Positions 36,905 through 44,883 of a stretch of DNA of 64,000 bases are shown here, one piece after another. The stretch is taken from the sequence record AP017925.1. One strand, given 5' to 3'. A program made the translations under genes and the position numbers. The notes beneath the pieces were generated by a model. That model had not been told where the DNA came from. It made no database searches and saw only the letters and a list, made by a program, of their open reading frames with translations. The stretch's first letter is position 1. The number at the start of each line of letters is the position of its first letter.

Positions 36905-37840
36905 TTACTTCCACGAACCACCGCGCTGCGGCACCAGTGCTTCCAGTTCTTGCACCAGCCGGCGCGAGAAGGAAGACGACAGGCTCGACAGGCTGAACCA
37001 GCGCGGGTTAGCCGGATCGGTATCGGATGCACCGACCATGTAGATCTGGATGCTGTCCGGGTCAAGCTCGAAGCTCCACACCAGAATGCAGGTTTCCATG
37101 CGCACTACGGCGTGTTGCGGACGCTCTTCACCACCGTAGAAGCCGGACGGCAGCGTAGCGCGTTGAGCAGCATCCATCGTGAACGGATACGTGCCCTTGT
37201 ACCACTGGTAACCCGGGGAACCCACCGTGATGCTCCCACGACCCGAGTGCAGCCACGGCGCTGGTGCGAAGATCTCCAGTAACGGAGACTGCGGGCTCAG
37301 CAGACGCTCGATGCTGTTCTCAGGCACGCTGGCACGACCCGGCAGACGTTCGCCAGCAGGCGGAACAGCACCAGGCAGACCCGGCTTGGGAAGCGTGCTT
37401 TGTGCAGCCGCTGCTGCACGAGCGCCGCTTACAGTCGGCGTGCCGTTGTCGAGACGAGCCGGGGCTTCTTCGACTTGGTTGATACCAGCGGCCAGCTGTT
37501 CAGTCTGGATGCGCAGTTGTTCGACCGGATCGACTTCGGGTGCAGGCGCTGCGTTAGCTTGCATGCCCATGGCCTTGCCGAAGGCCTCCACCTGTTGGGT
37601 GTAGTAGTCGACCAGTTCTTGCAGGCTCTTCTTCAGATGCTGCATTTCCACCAGAGCGGGCTGCGTCAGGAGGATCGGACATACCTCGTTGGACAAACCA
37701 CTGGTGCGGAAGGCCACCGCATCCTTCAATGCAGTGTCCATGATACGGGTGGCGATATTCGAAGCCTTGCTGGTAGTGTCCAGCATAGCACGGATGCGCT
37801 GCATAGCAGCTTCTTGCGGGTTCTGGGTAGCAGTTGTCAT
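36905..37840 (-). CDS. conserved hypothetical protein (start moved to MTTATQN)
   Basis: Helical N-terminus, Pro/Ala linker, globular C-terminus; phage-typical codon usage. Confidence 0.55.
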   Translation of the reverse strand: MTTATQNPQEAAMQRIRAMLDTTSKASNIATRIMDTALKDAVAFRTSGLSNEVCPILLTQPALVEMQHLKKSLQELVDYYTQQVEAFGKAMGMQANAAPAPEVDPVEQLRIQTEQLAAGINQVEEAPARLDNGTPTVSGARAAAAAQSTLPKPGLPGAVPPAGERLPGRASVPENSIERLLSPQSPLLEIFAPAPWLHSGRGSITVGSPGYQWYKGTYPFTMDAAQRATLPSGFYGGEERPQHAVVRMETCILVWSFELDPDSIQIYMVGASDTDPANPRWFSLSSLSSSFSRRLVQELEALVPQRGGSWK

Positions 37841-37905
37841 AATGGTGTCGTGGATGATGGAGCTGCGGGATGACTCCCGCAGCCTGAGGGTTAATGAAAC
37901 GATCG

Positions 37906-39459
37906 TTACTTCTCCCCTACCGTGTACGGTAGGTCGACCAGGAAACATTGCTTCATGCGGGCGGGCAGTAAGAGTTCTTTGGAGACGTGGTACTCTACCT
38001 GCTTAGGGACATCCATACAAGTGAAATACTCGAACTCCATGTCTACCCCTGGTGTTTCGCGCAACCGACCTGGTCCTTGGATGTTCTTCTTACGCGCCCG
38101 CAGAGACGTCGTCATCAGAACAGTGATCAAGCCCTTGATGTCGTGACCCGTACCTGCAGAACCCAGCGTGGAAACACACACGGTTGCATTCATCAGGTTA
38201 TCGTAAGGGTCCTCCGCTACGTAACGCCGGATGTCCAGATCCGGATGCTTCGATTTCAAGAAGTCCACGATGGTCGTGCACATCTGGATCGAGGCCGCGT
38301 AGATCAGGCATTTCTGCCCAGGATCAAAGCGAGTCAAGAAGCGTTCTTCAAAACGCTCATTGATCAACTCCAGATAGGGCTTCATCAAGAAGCTATAGCG
38401 CTTGGAATAGAAGTTCTTCTCAAACGCGATATGCGAGTACATGGTCGAACCACGCTCAGTGGTCGACAGCTCTTCACCTTTCTTGATGTGGTAGCGCAAA
38501 GCGTACGACGTGATGTACTTAGCGCGCACGACAATCTTGCAACGCTCTTCGACCGGGTAAGCGATCTTGTACATCGACTCCGTAAAGGGATCGTCGTCCT
38601 CCAATGTAGCGGACAGCGAGATAGCGCGAGGAATGTGCGTGTACAAGTCGATCTTGAACATGCTGAAGAATTCTTCGTGCACCTCATCCTTGATTCTCGT
38701 ACCAGCCCGGATGACTTGACAGAACTCCGGAGGCGTACAATCGTAACCCATGTTCAGAATTTCATCACCGTGCTTCTCGTACAGGTTGATGTAGTTCATG
38801 TAGGTACGATTCGAGATCAGGATGGCTTTCTCGGTCAGAGTGCCTTCCTTTGCCCGAGCGATCACATCCATGAGGCTAGCTGCGCCCGCCACGGAAATGA
38901 TGTCCTCTTCCGCCAATCCCAGGTTTTCGACCAAGTCACTCGGCCACTTCTTCAGAAACTTCGGACACAGGAAACCCACGATCCGGAAGTTGTACTCTGC
39001 AGCTGCCCACGAAGCCAGATACGTCTTACCACGGCCAGGGTCAATCCCCACGAACTTACGCCAAGAGGGTTCGGGCACCTTCAAGTACGTGTGAAAGATT
39101 TCGTCTTGGTAATCACGCGATGGCTTCAGCTCCGTAGGAAGCATCGGCGCATTCAGCGGCTCCGGGTCCACGAAGCCATATGTCACTTCAGTGAAGCCGT
39201 GATCAGGCACACCGATGTCAGCGAGGTAGGCGCGCCACTGTTTGTATTGACCGATGTGGAAGTGGATGTGGTTCTTTCGTGGGATATAGGCCGCAAACGT
39301 CTGAAAAGGAAGGCGACGTCCACGTTCCCACTTATACTCGATAAAGTTCCGGGCAAACTTCTTGGCAAGTTCAGCCCCTCTCGGCGACATGTTTTTCACC
39401 ACAAAGTGATGCGAGAATATGTCAATCTCGAAGTATTTGCTTGGCTGTACAGCGCTCAT
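37906..39459 (-). CDS. superfamily-2 DNA helicase (phiKZ gp75/UvsW-like)
   Basis: Motif I PGRGKT, motif II DEVH, motif III SAT, motif V GTGHD, motif VI QGPGRLR. Confidence 0.9.
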   Translation of the reverse strand: MSAVQPSKYFEIDIFSHHFVVKNMSPRGAELAKKFARNFIEYKWERGRRLPFQTFAAYIPRKNHIHFHIGQYKQWRAYLADIGVPDHGFTEVTYGFVDPEPLNAPMLPTELKPSRDYQDEIFHTYLKVPEPSWRKFVGIDPGRGKTYLASWAAAEYNFRIVGFLCPKFLKKWPSDLVENLGLAEEDIISVAGAASLMDVIARAKEGTLTEKAILISNRTYMNYINLYEKHGDEILNMGYDCTPPEFCQVIRAGTRIKDEVHEEFFSMFKIDLYTHIPRAISLSATLEDDDPFTESMYKIAYPVEERCKIVVRAKYITSYALRYHIKKGEELSTTERGSTMYSHIAFEKNFYSKRYSFLMKPYLELINERFEERFLTRFDPGQKCLIYAASIQMCTTIVDFLKSKHPDLDIRRYVAEDPYDNLMNATVCVSTLGSAGTGHDIKGLITVLMTTSLRARKKNIQGPGRLRETPGVDMEFEYFTCMDVPKQVEYHVSKELLLPARMKQCFLVDLPYTVGEK

Positions 39460-39500
39460 AGCTTGCCTTTATTTGAACGCGAAGAGGCAAGCCATTTAGC

Positions 39501-40181
39501 TCAAGCCTCCTCTCGGTCCATATGCGCGTGCATGATCACACTACGCACTCGGTAGTTTCCTTCATCACCATCCGGAGGGAAGGCAACGATACGTCCATCG
39601 CGATTGGCGTACAAAACATTACGTCCCGTGAATTCAGCAATCGCGAGCGCTGCCGCTTTGGAACGCGATTGACCGTAGTTACAATGCACTATGATATTCG
39701 GACTATCGGTATGTTTTAACACAAAATCGACGATAGCTTCACCGTCTGCGATTTGAGCCCAACGATGCTTGAAGTGATGTTCATCGTATGCCGTAACGTG
39801 GTCATGGAAACCACGATGCAACACCTCTTTAGGTGGGTGGAAGAACTGCGGCGGTTCAGCGTGCGTGTCCGTAATGCTTATGCATACGTCATCCGGACGG
39901 AAGCGATAGCCAGAGGCGATATCGCGGCCCATGAAGATCACATTCCGCTTATCCGTCGGAGCATTGGTGGCATTGTTACGCAAGTGAGTACACAGGTCCT
40001 GTTCGACTCTGTCTCCATACTTGCGCATCGTCGCTTCTATAGCGGCTGGCGAGTTCCTGTCTACAGCTACAGGCTTTTGGGATTTCTGATTGACAATCAC
40101 GGTAGAGCCAGTTTTGGCTGCATGCTCTGCCATACGTTTTGCTTGGAACCGTTGTTCCATCTTGCTAAGCTTTTTAACCAC
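39501..40181 (-). CDS. protein-tyrosine/dual-specificity phosphatase-fold protein
   Basis: IVHCNYGQSRSKAAA = HCX5R(S) motif; start at GTG 40181 (GAGGT SD) or ATG 40160. Confidence 0.75.
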   Translation of the reverse strand: MVKKLSKMEQRFQAKRMAEHAAKTGSTVIVNQKSQKPVAVDRNSPAAIEATMRKYGDRVEQDLCTHLRNNATNAPTDKRNVIFMGRDIASGYRFRPDDVCISITDTHAEPPQFFHPPKEVLHRGFHDHVTAYDEHHFKHRWAQIADGEAIVDFVLKHTDSPNIIVHCNYGQSRSKAAALAIAEFTGRNVLYANRDGRIVAFPPDGDEGNYRVRSVIMHAHMDREEA

Positions 40182-40205
40182 GATAATAACCTCGTAGGAG
40201 TGGTA

Positions 40206-41021
40206 GTGGATACGATCAAAAATGGTATTCAGATCAGGACAGAGGTGGTAGGCAACCAAACGTTGCGCGTTGGCATCCGTGCTGGCAACCCTGCCAAAGC
40301 TCCTCTTCTGTTATTCAACGGCATCGGCGCGAATATTGAAATTCTCGCGCACTTTGTCGATCTGTTCGACGACATCGAAGTCATTATCTTCGACATTCCA
40401 GGGACGGGTGAATCACCGACTCCTCTGGTTCCTTATCATCTTGCTGCAATGGCTGTGTTAGCCAACAATCTGTTGGATCATTTAGGATATGCCCAGCAGG
40501 TGGACGTAATGGGCATCTCCTGGGGCGGAGCGTTGGCACAGGAGTTTGCCTATCTTTATCCCGAACGTTGCCGTAAGCTCGTTCTAGCGGCAACCACGCC
40601 CGGTATAGGGATGGTTCCGGGTAGTATCTCGGTAATCTCCAAGATGCTGAACCCAAAGCGCTACACCAATCCGGAGTACATGACTGAGATTGGGGGAGAA
40701 CTCTACGGTGGAGACTTCCGAGACAACCCGGAGCTGATCAAAGAACACGCCAGTCATCTCAAGCGACCAGAACTACGCGGTTATGTCTACCAGTTGATGG
40801 CGATCATGAACTGGAGTAGCCTGCGTTGGCTGGGAACGCTCAAACAAAAGACCTTGATCATGCACGGTAGTGACGATCCGATCGTTCCGCTGGCTAATGC
40901 TGAGATCATGGCGAGCAGGATTCCCGATTCGACACTACACGTAGTCGATGACGGCCATCTCTTCCTTGTGAGTCGAGCTGCAGAGAGCACTGCTACGATT
41001 CGAGAGTTCCTGCACGGCTAG
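40206..41021 (+). CDS. phaZ: poly(3-hydroxyalkanoate) depolymerase, intracellular PhaZ type (alpha/beta hydrolase)
   Basis: PLLLFNGIGAN, FDIPGTGESPTP, lipase box GISWGG, YPERCRKLVLAAT, GSDDPIVP and DDGHLFL match Pseudomonas-type PhaZ along the whole length; AGGAG SD before GTG 40206. Confidence 0.85.
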   Translation: MDTIKNGIQIRTEVVGNQTLRVGIRAGNPAKAPLLLFNGIGANIEILAHFVDLFDDIEVIIFDIPGTGESPTPLVPYHLAAMAVLANNLLDHLGYAQQVDVMGISWGGALAQEFAYLYPERCRKLVLAATTPGIGMVPGSISVISKMLNPKRYTNPEYMTEIGGELYGGDFRDNPELIKEHASHLKRPELRGYVYQLMAIMNWSSLRWLGTLKQKTLIMHGSDDPIVPLANAEIMASRIPDSTLHVVDDGHLFLVSRAAESTATIREFLHG

Positions 41022-41091
41022 ACAAAAAGAAAAAGACTGCACAAAAGCCCGGAGGTCTCCCTCCGGGCTTTATGACGTCGAGAAGCAGGCG

Positions 41092-41526
41092 TTACTTGGC
41101 CTTGGTCTCGTACAGCTTGACCACCGGCTTACCAGCTTCCAGCACGATGGCCAGCGCCCAGCCGGCTTCTTTGGCTTCAGCGATCAGGTCATTGGCGCGC
41201 TTGGTCAGGTCGGCCTTCAGTGCGGCCTTGGAGGGCTTGCGAACCGGTGCCTTCTTCGCGGCGGGCTTGGCGCCGGCGGGAGCATTGGACGGCTTCTTGG
41301 CGGCGGGTTTCTTCACGCCGTTCACGGCGTCTTTCAGGTTCTGGTCGACGTTGCTGTTGGGCTTGTTCGCAGCGGTCTTCAGCGCATCACCGACGGCGGT
41401 GTTGGCCGGCACAGCGGGTTTTGCCGACACGGGCTTGCGGGGAGCCGGCTTCTTGACCGGCACGGAGGCACGGTCAGCAGTCTTGGCATCGGTTGCTTTC
41501 GTCGAGTTGGTCTTGCTTGCGGCCAT
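41092..41526 (-). CDS. Lys/Ala/Pro-rich histone-H1/PhaF-tail-like protein (start moved to MAASKT)
   Basis: KKPAAKK, AKPAAKKAP, KKPAPRKP repeats; short helical C-terminal domain; AGGAGA SD. Confidence 0.7.
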   Translation of the reverse strand: MAASKTNSTKATDAKTADRASVPVKKPAPRKPVSAKPAVPANTAVGDALKTAANKPNSNVDQNLKDAVNGVKKPAAKKPSNAPAGAKPAAKKAPVRKPSKAALKADLTKRANDLIAEAKEAGWALAIVLEAGKPVVKLYETKAK

Positions 41527-41561
41527 GATTTCTCCTTGTTGGATGGCACGTTGAGTGGAGA

Positions 41562-42020
41562 TCAATTCCAATGATACTCCAGTTTGTTTTGCCGGTACTC
41601 GCCTTTGGTTACGTCACTGAGACGAAACCCATAGCGCTTAACGAATGCACGACTGTAATCATGCATCATTTCCTCCGCAACCGTGCAATGCGGAGTCTCA
41701 CTTTCCAAATGACTAAGCATCCGGTCGATGAGTTTGAGACCAAGCCCGCTGCCTTGCAAGTCATCATGCACGCGCACGCAGCGTAACTTAGGCTCGATTC
41801 CTACTTTACCCAGCGCAATTCCCGCTAGGCAATTCTTCTCCATCGCAACCAGTACAATGGAATCCAGAGATCCGACCACCTTATTAGCAAACCAGTGATC
41901 GAATCCCGGATAAAAGTGAGTCAGTCCGGTTAGGAACTGACGGGCTTGTACAAGGATACCTGAAGACTCCTCGTGACTGAGGCGAATGATGTCCATGGTG
42001 TTTGTTGGATAAATGCTCAT
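41562..42020 (-). CDS. GNAT-family acetyltransferase
   Basis: LRCVRVHDDLQGSGLGLKL = acetyl-CoA motif A (V..Q/R..G.G..L); RYGF motif B. Confidence 0.75.
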   Translation of the reverse strand: MSIYPTNTMDIIRLSHEESSGILVQARQFLTGLTHFYPGFDHWFANKVVGSLDSIVLVAMEKNCLAGIALGKVGIEPKLRCVRVHDDLQGSGLGLKLIDRMLSHLESETPHCTVAEEMMHDYSRAFVKRYGFRLSDVTKGEYRQNKLEYHWN

Positions 42021-42049
42021 AAAGAGCCAAACACCGGTATAATCCTACC

Positions 42050-42460
42050 TCAGGCTACGAAGCCCATGCCGGACTTGATAACTTGTTCACGGAAGACTTC
42101 GTGCCAGGTTGCGAGTTGTTCACCAGTCAGGCCGTCCTTGTAGGAAGGCCATTCCGTCCCGAGGAAGAAGTGCGCGAAGGCATTGAGCAGCAGGTCGCCC
42201 GTTTCGCTATCCATACCGTACAGCGCGAGCTTGATCCTGGCCTCGGCGTAGAAGAAGAGAATCGTGTCTGCGTTCAGAGTGGAGAACGTGATACCAGTCT
42301 GTTCCTGGAGGAATGCCGCGGCGTCAACGAGACGCGCTGGCGGTAGTTTGGTGTCACGATTGGCAACCAGCAGCTTGCCGAGTTGCTCGACGAGACTCAG
42401 GCGTGCCTTGTCAGATTGTTCGTACTCACGTACTGCTACGATCGGTTTTGCGATTACCAT
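42050..42460 (-). CDS. hypothetical protein
   Basis: 136-aa ORF in a co-oriented run. Confidence 0.55.
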   Translation of the reverse strand: MVIAKPIVAVREYEQSDKARLSLVEQLGKLLVANRDTKLPPARLVDAAAFLQEQTGITFSTLNADTILFFYAEARIKLALYGMDSETGDLLLNAFAHFFLGTEWPSYKDGLTGEQLATWHEVFREQVIKSGMGFVA

Positions 42461-42749
42461 GTTTCTTCATCCTTTCTTTAATGAAACGGAACAGCTCCCT
42501 ATTGAGAATCGGGATGCTGATAAGAACGAGATTAAACCCCGGCAGGGTTGCGATAAGAAACCACCAACCAATCCCTCCCCATTTCAGGTTATACCCGAAC
42601 TTGGACGTGTTTTTGCGCCAAGGCTCGCGATACATCCGGATGTCTTCCGAAATCATTACACCAAGCAAGTACAGCGTGAACACCAAGCTCAGACCCAGAT
42701 AAGCCAAACCTACCCATTTCCAAATACTCATTTTTCTTTTTTCCAGCAC
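42426..42749 (-). CDS. small two-TM membrane protein
   Basis: Two hydrophobic segments and a basic C-terminus; overlaps the next gene. Confidence 0.5.
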   Translation of the reverse strand: MLEKRKMSIWKWVGLAYLGLSLVFTLYLLGVMISEDIRMYREPWRKNTSKFGYNLKWGGIGWWFLIATLPGFNLVLISIPILNRELFRFIKERMKKHGNRKTDRSST

Positions 42750-42783
42750 AAAGTCAGGAGCCGAAGCCCCTGACCCTTATGCC

Positions 42784-44826
42784 TTAGTAGTTACCAGGAC
42801 CATTCTGCAGATTGCGCACCCGCTGTTGATGATCGAATACCTCACGCGGCATTACGATGCCGTCGAAAGGATGATCCGGTCGATTCTTCAGCGAGAACGA
42901 TTCCGGTGCGTAGATACCTTCAGCGTGATGTTCGTACGCCATGAAAGGAGCCAGCGAACGATACAGAATGATGTTACGCAGCACACCCAAGCCACTTTCC
43001 GTCCACGGCTTCGGCATCGAGTAGTCGTAACGTTCTGCAGAGCGGATCAGCGCCCCACGCAACGTCACTTCCACCACGGCGAGGTTTACCCGCGCCTTAC
43101 GGTTCATCAGTTCGGTCAGCTCCACGAGAGTCGAGGCAGGGTCGATCAGGCGATCTCGCTCCACCACTTCCTTCACGGTCGATTCCAACACCTTCGCGAT
43201 GTCTCGCGAGTGGTCAGACATGCTGAAGTCACGCATCGGCAGCGAGGCAAACGGCACGCTCCACTTCCAGCCCTTCAGCGGGATCATGTAGCAACCAGTC
43301 TCTTCATCAACCGTGTAGCTATGAGTCTTGACGTGCTCCAAGAACTCATACGTGAGGAACGGCAGACGTTTACCATCCTGCAGACTGATTTCTTCGCCTT
43401 CACCCTTGCCATTGCGAATGATCACTTCCGACAGTTCCGACATCCGCGATTCCGGCAACACCTGGAGGTTATCCACGATGAAGATGTCGCTCAGGTTCGG
43501 TGCTGCTTCGCAGTCGAACATCAAGAACAAGTCCCCATTCTTGGAGTTTGCCTTCAGCGTGTCGGCGAACAGGTAGCGGTTACCGTCGGTGGACAGCTTC
43601 ACGAACTGCTGGGTCCGTGCATCGATCGTCGCACCTGCGATGCTCTTGGACGAGTCCAAGTGCTTCGTAGACAACACACCCTGCGCGTTCTTTTCAGTAA
43701 CGTGGGTGCAGTTGGCGTGACCGATATTGCTGTTGGCCGGGATCAGTTCGGACATCATCCCGTAGCATACCGAGCAAATGCCGTTCGGATCAGTCGGATG
43801 ACCGCAGTACATCGCGCTGCGCAGCTTCAGCGTTCTGCCGATGAGGTGCTTGTCGTCTTTGTGAACGGTCTTGAGGATACCGTCGTCGTCAACGAAATGC
43901 TTACCTTCCAGGATCTCCAGATCGCTCGGACGATCCTCGCGTTTGCCTTGCACTCGCCAGTTGAGGTAGCGAGTCGTACCGCAGTCCATATGGTGCAGGC
44001 GTTCCACACCCATGTCCATCGTACGCAGCTTACGCGAGAAGTATTCCGTATCCTGCAGGTCGCCCTTTGATGCATTCAAGGCCTTCGCTGCAGAGCGCGA
44101 CTCGATCTGGATGTCCCGTTGCGAGCGGATACCCTGATAATAGCCGCGCATGATCGGAATACCGAAGCGCTCGTTGTTGATGTCCGTCAGGAAGCCGCGA
44201 GGCCCCAGACACTGATGTACCTGCTTGGACGATACCAGACCAGAACGATACAGCTTGGACAGAGCGTTGTTGCGCAGCTCCGGCTTGTGCTTCAGCACCG
44301 AATCGATCGTGTAGTAGATATCCGCAATGGACTCTTCGTCCGGCTTTGCGCGTTCGTACGCATCCACTACGTCCTGATCCTTGAACACCCGGTGGAAGTC
44401 GAACAGGTTCAACGAGGTTACGTACTCTTCCAAGCGCGTTACCATGTCGTTATAGTGCTGGTTCGACAGGTTGTACGCCAGCTCGGCCAGCTCAAACCGG
44501 ATATCGACCATCTGTTCGATGTTGTGTGAGGCGGCCAGGAAGTCTGCACAATCCCACAACACGTTTTGGATCAGCTTGATGTGGGTTTCCATCCCCACAC
44601 GGTTGCCTTTGAGCACCGACTGGATGTGGTGCTTCTTCAGGATAGGGAGTCCCGGATAGTTCGCATGGAATTCCCAGAAGTACCGGCTGTAGATGACCTC
44701 CTTGTGGTTGGTCTCCAGTTCTTCACCATCGTCAAAGACGAGGATGAACGGCCCCATTAGGGTTTCCCATGTCTGCTCGATGCTCAAACCGAGAATGGTT
44801 CGAGCAGCAATGCGTTTGAGTGACAT
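42784..44826 (-). CDS. non-virion RNA polymerase beta-prime C-terminal subunit (phiKZ gp74-like)
   Basis: SGLVSSKQVHQCLGPRG, YFSRKL, MDCGT, LRSAMYC..ICSVCYG zinc motifs, STKH. Confidence 0.88.
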   Translation of the reverse strand: MSLKRIAARTILGLSIEQTWETLMGPFILVFDDGEELETNHKEVIYSRYFWEFHANYPGLPILKKHHIQSVLKGNRVGMETHIKLIQNVLWDCADFLAASHNIEQMVDIRFELAELAYNLSNQHYNDMVTRLEEYVTSLNLFDFHRVFKDQDVVDAYERAKPDEESIADIYYTIDSVLKHKPELRNNALSKLYRSGLVSSKQVHQCLGPRGFLTDINNERFGIPIMRGYYQGIRSQRDIQIESRSAAKALNASKGDLQDTEYFSRKLRTMDMGVERLHHMDCGTTRYLNWRVQGKREDRPSDLEILEGKHFVDDDGILKTVHKDDKHLIGRTLKLRSAMYCGHPTDPNGICSVCYGMMSELIPANSNIGHANCTHVTEKNAQGVLSTKHLDSSKSIAGATIDARTQQFVKLSTDGNRYLFADTLKANSKNGDLFLMFDCEAAPNLSDIFIVDNLQVLPESRMSELSEVIIRNGKGEGEEISLQDGKRLPFLTYEFLEHVKTHSYTVDEETGCYMIPLKGWKWSVPFASLPMRDFSMSDHSRDIAKVLESTVKEVVERDRLIDPASTLVELTELMNRKARVNLAVVEVTLRGALIRSAERYDYSMPKPWTESGLGVLRNIILYRSLAPFMAYEHHAEGIYAPESFSLKNRPDHPFDGIVMPREVFDHQQRVRNLQNGPGNY

Positions 44827-44883
44827 CGTGTTTCCTTTAAAAGATCAGGCCCGAGGTGGTGAGTCTCGGGCCTCCGGCTACCA

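Noticed and set aside
39753-40205. N-terminal 151 codons of the 422-aa ORF containing phaZ
   Set aside because: They overlap the phosphatase gene on the opposite strand; PhaZ similarity begins at about 40206 where there is an AGGAG SD and GTG.
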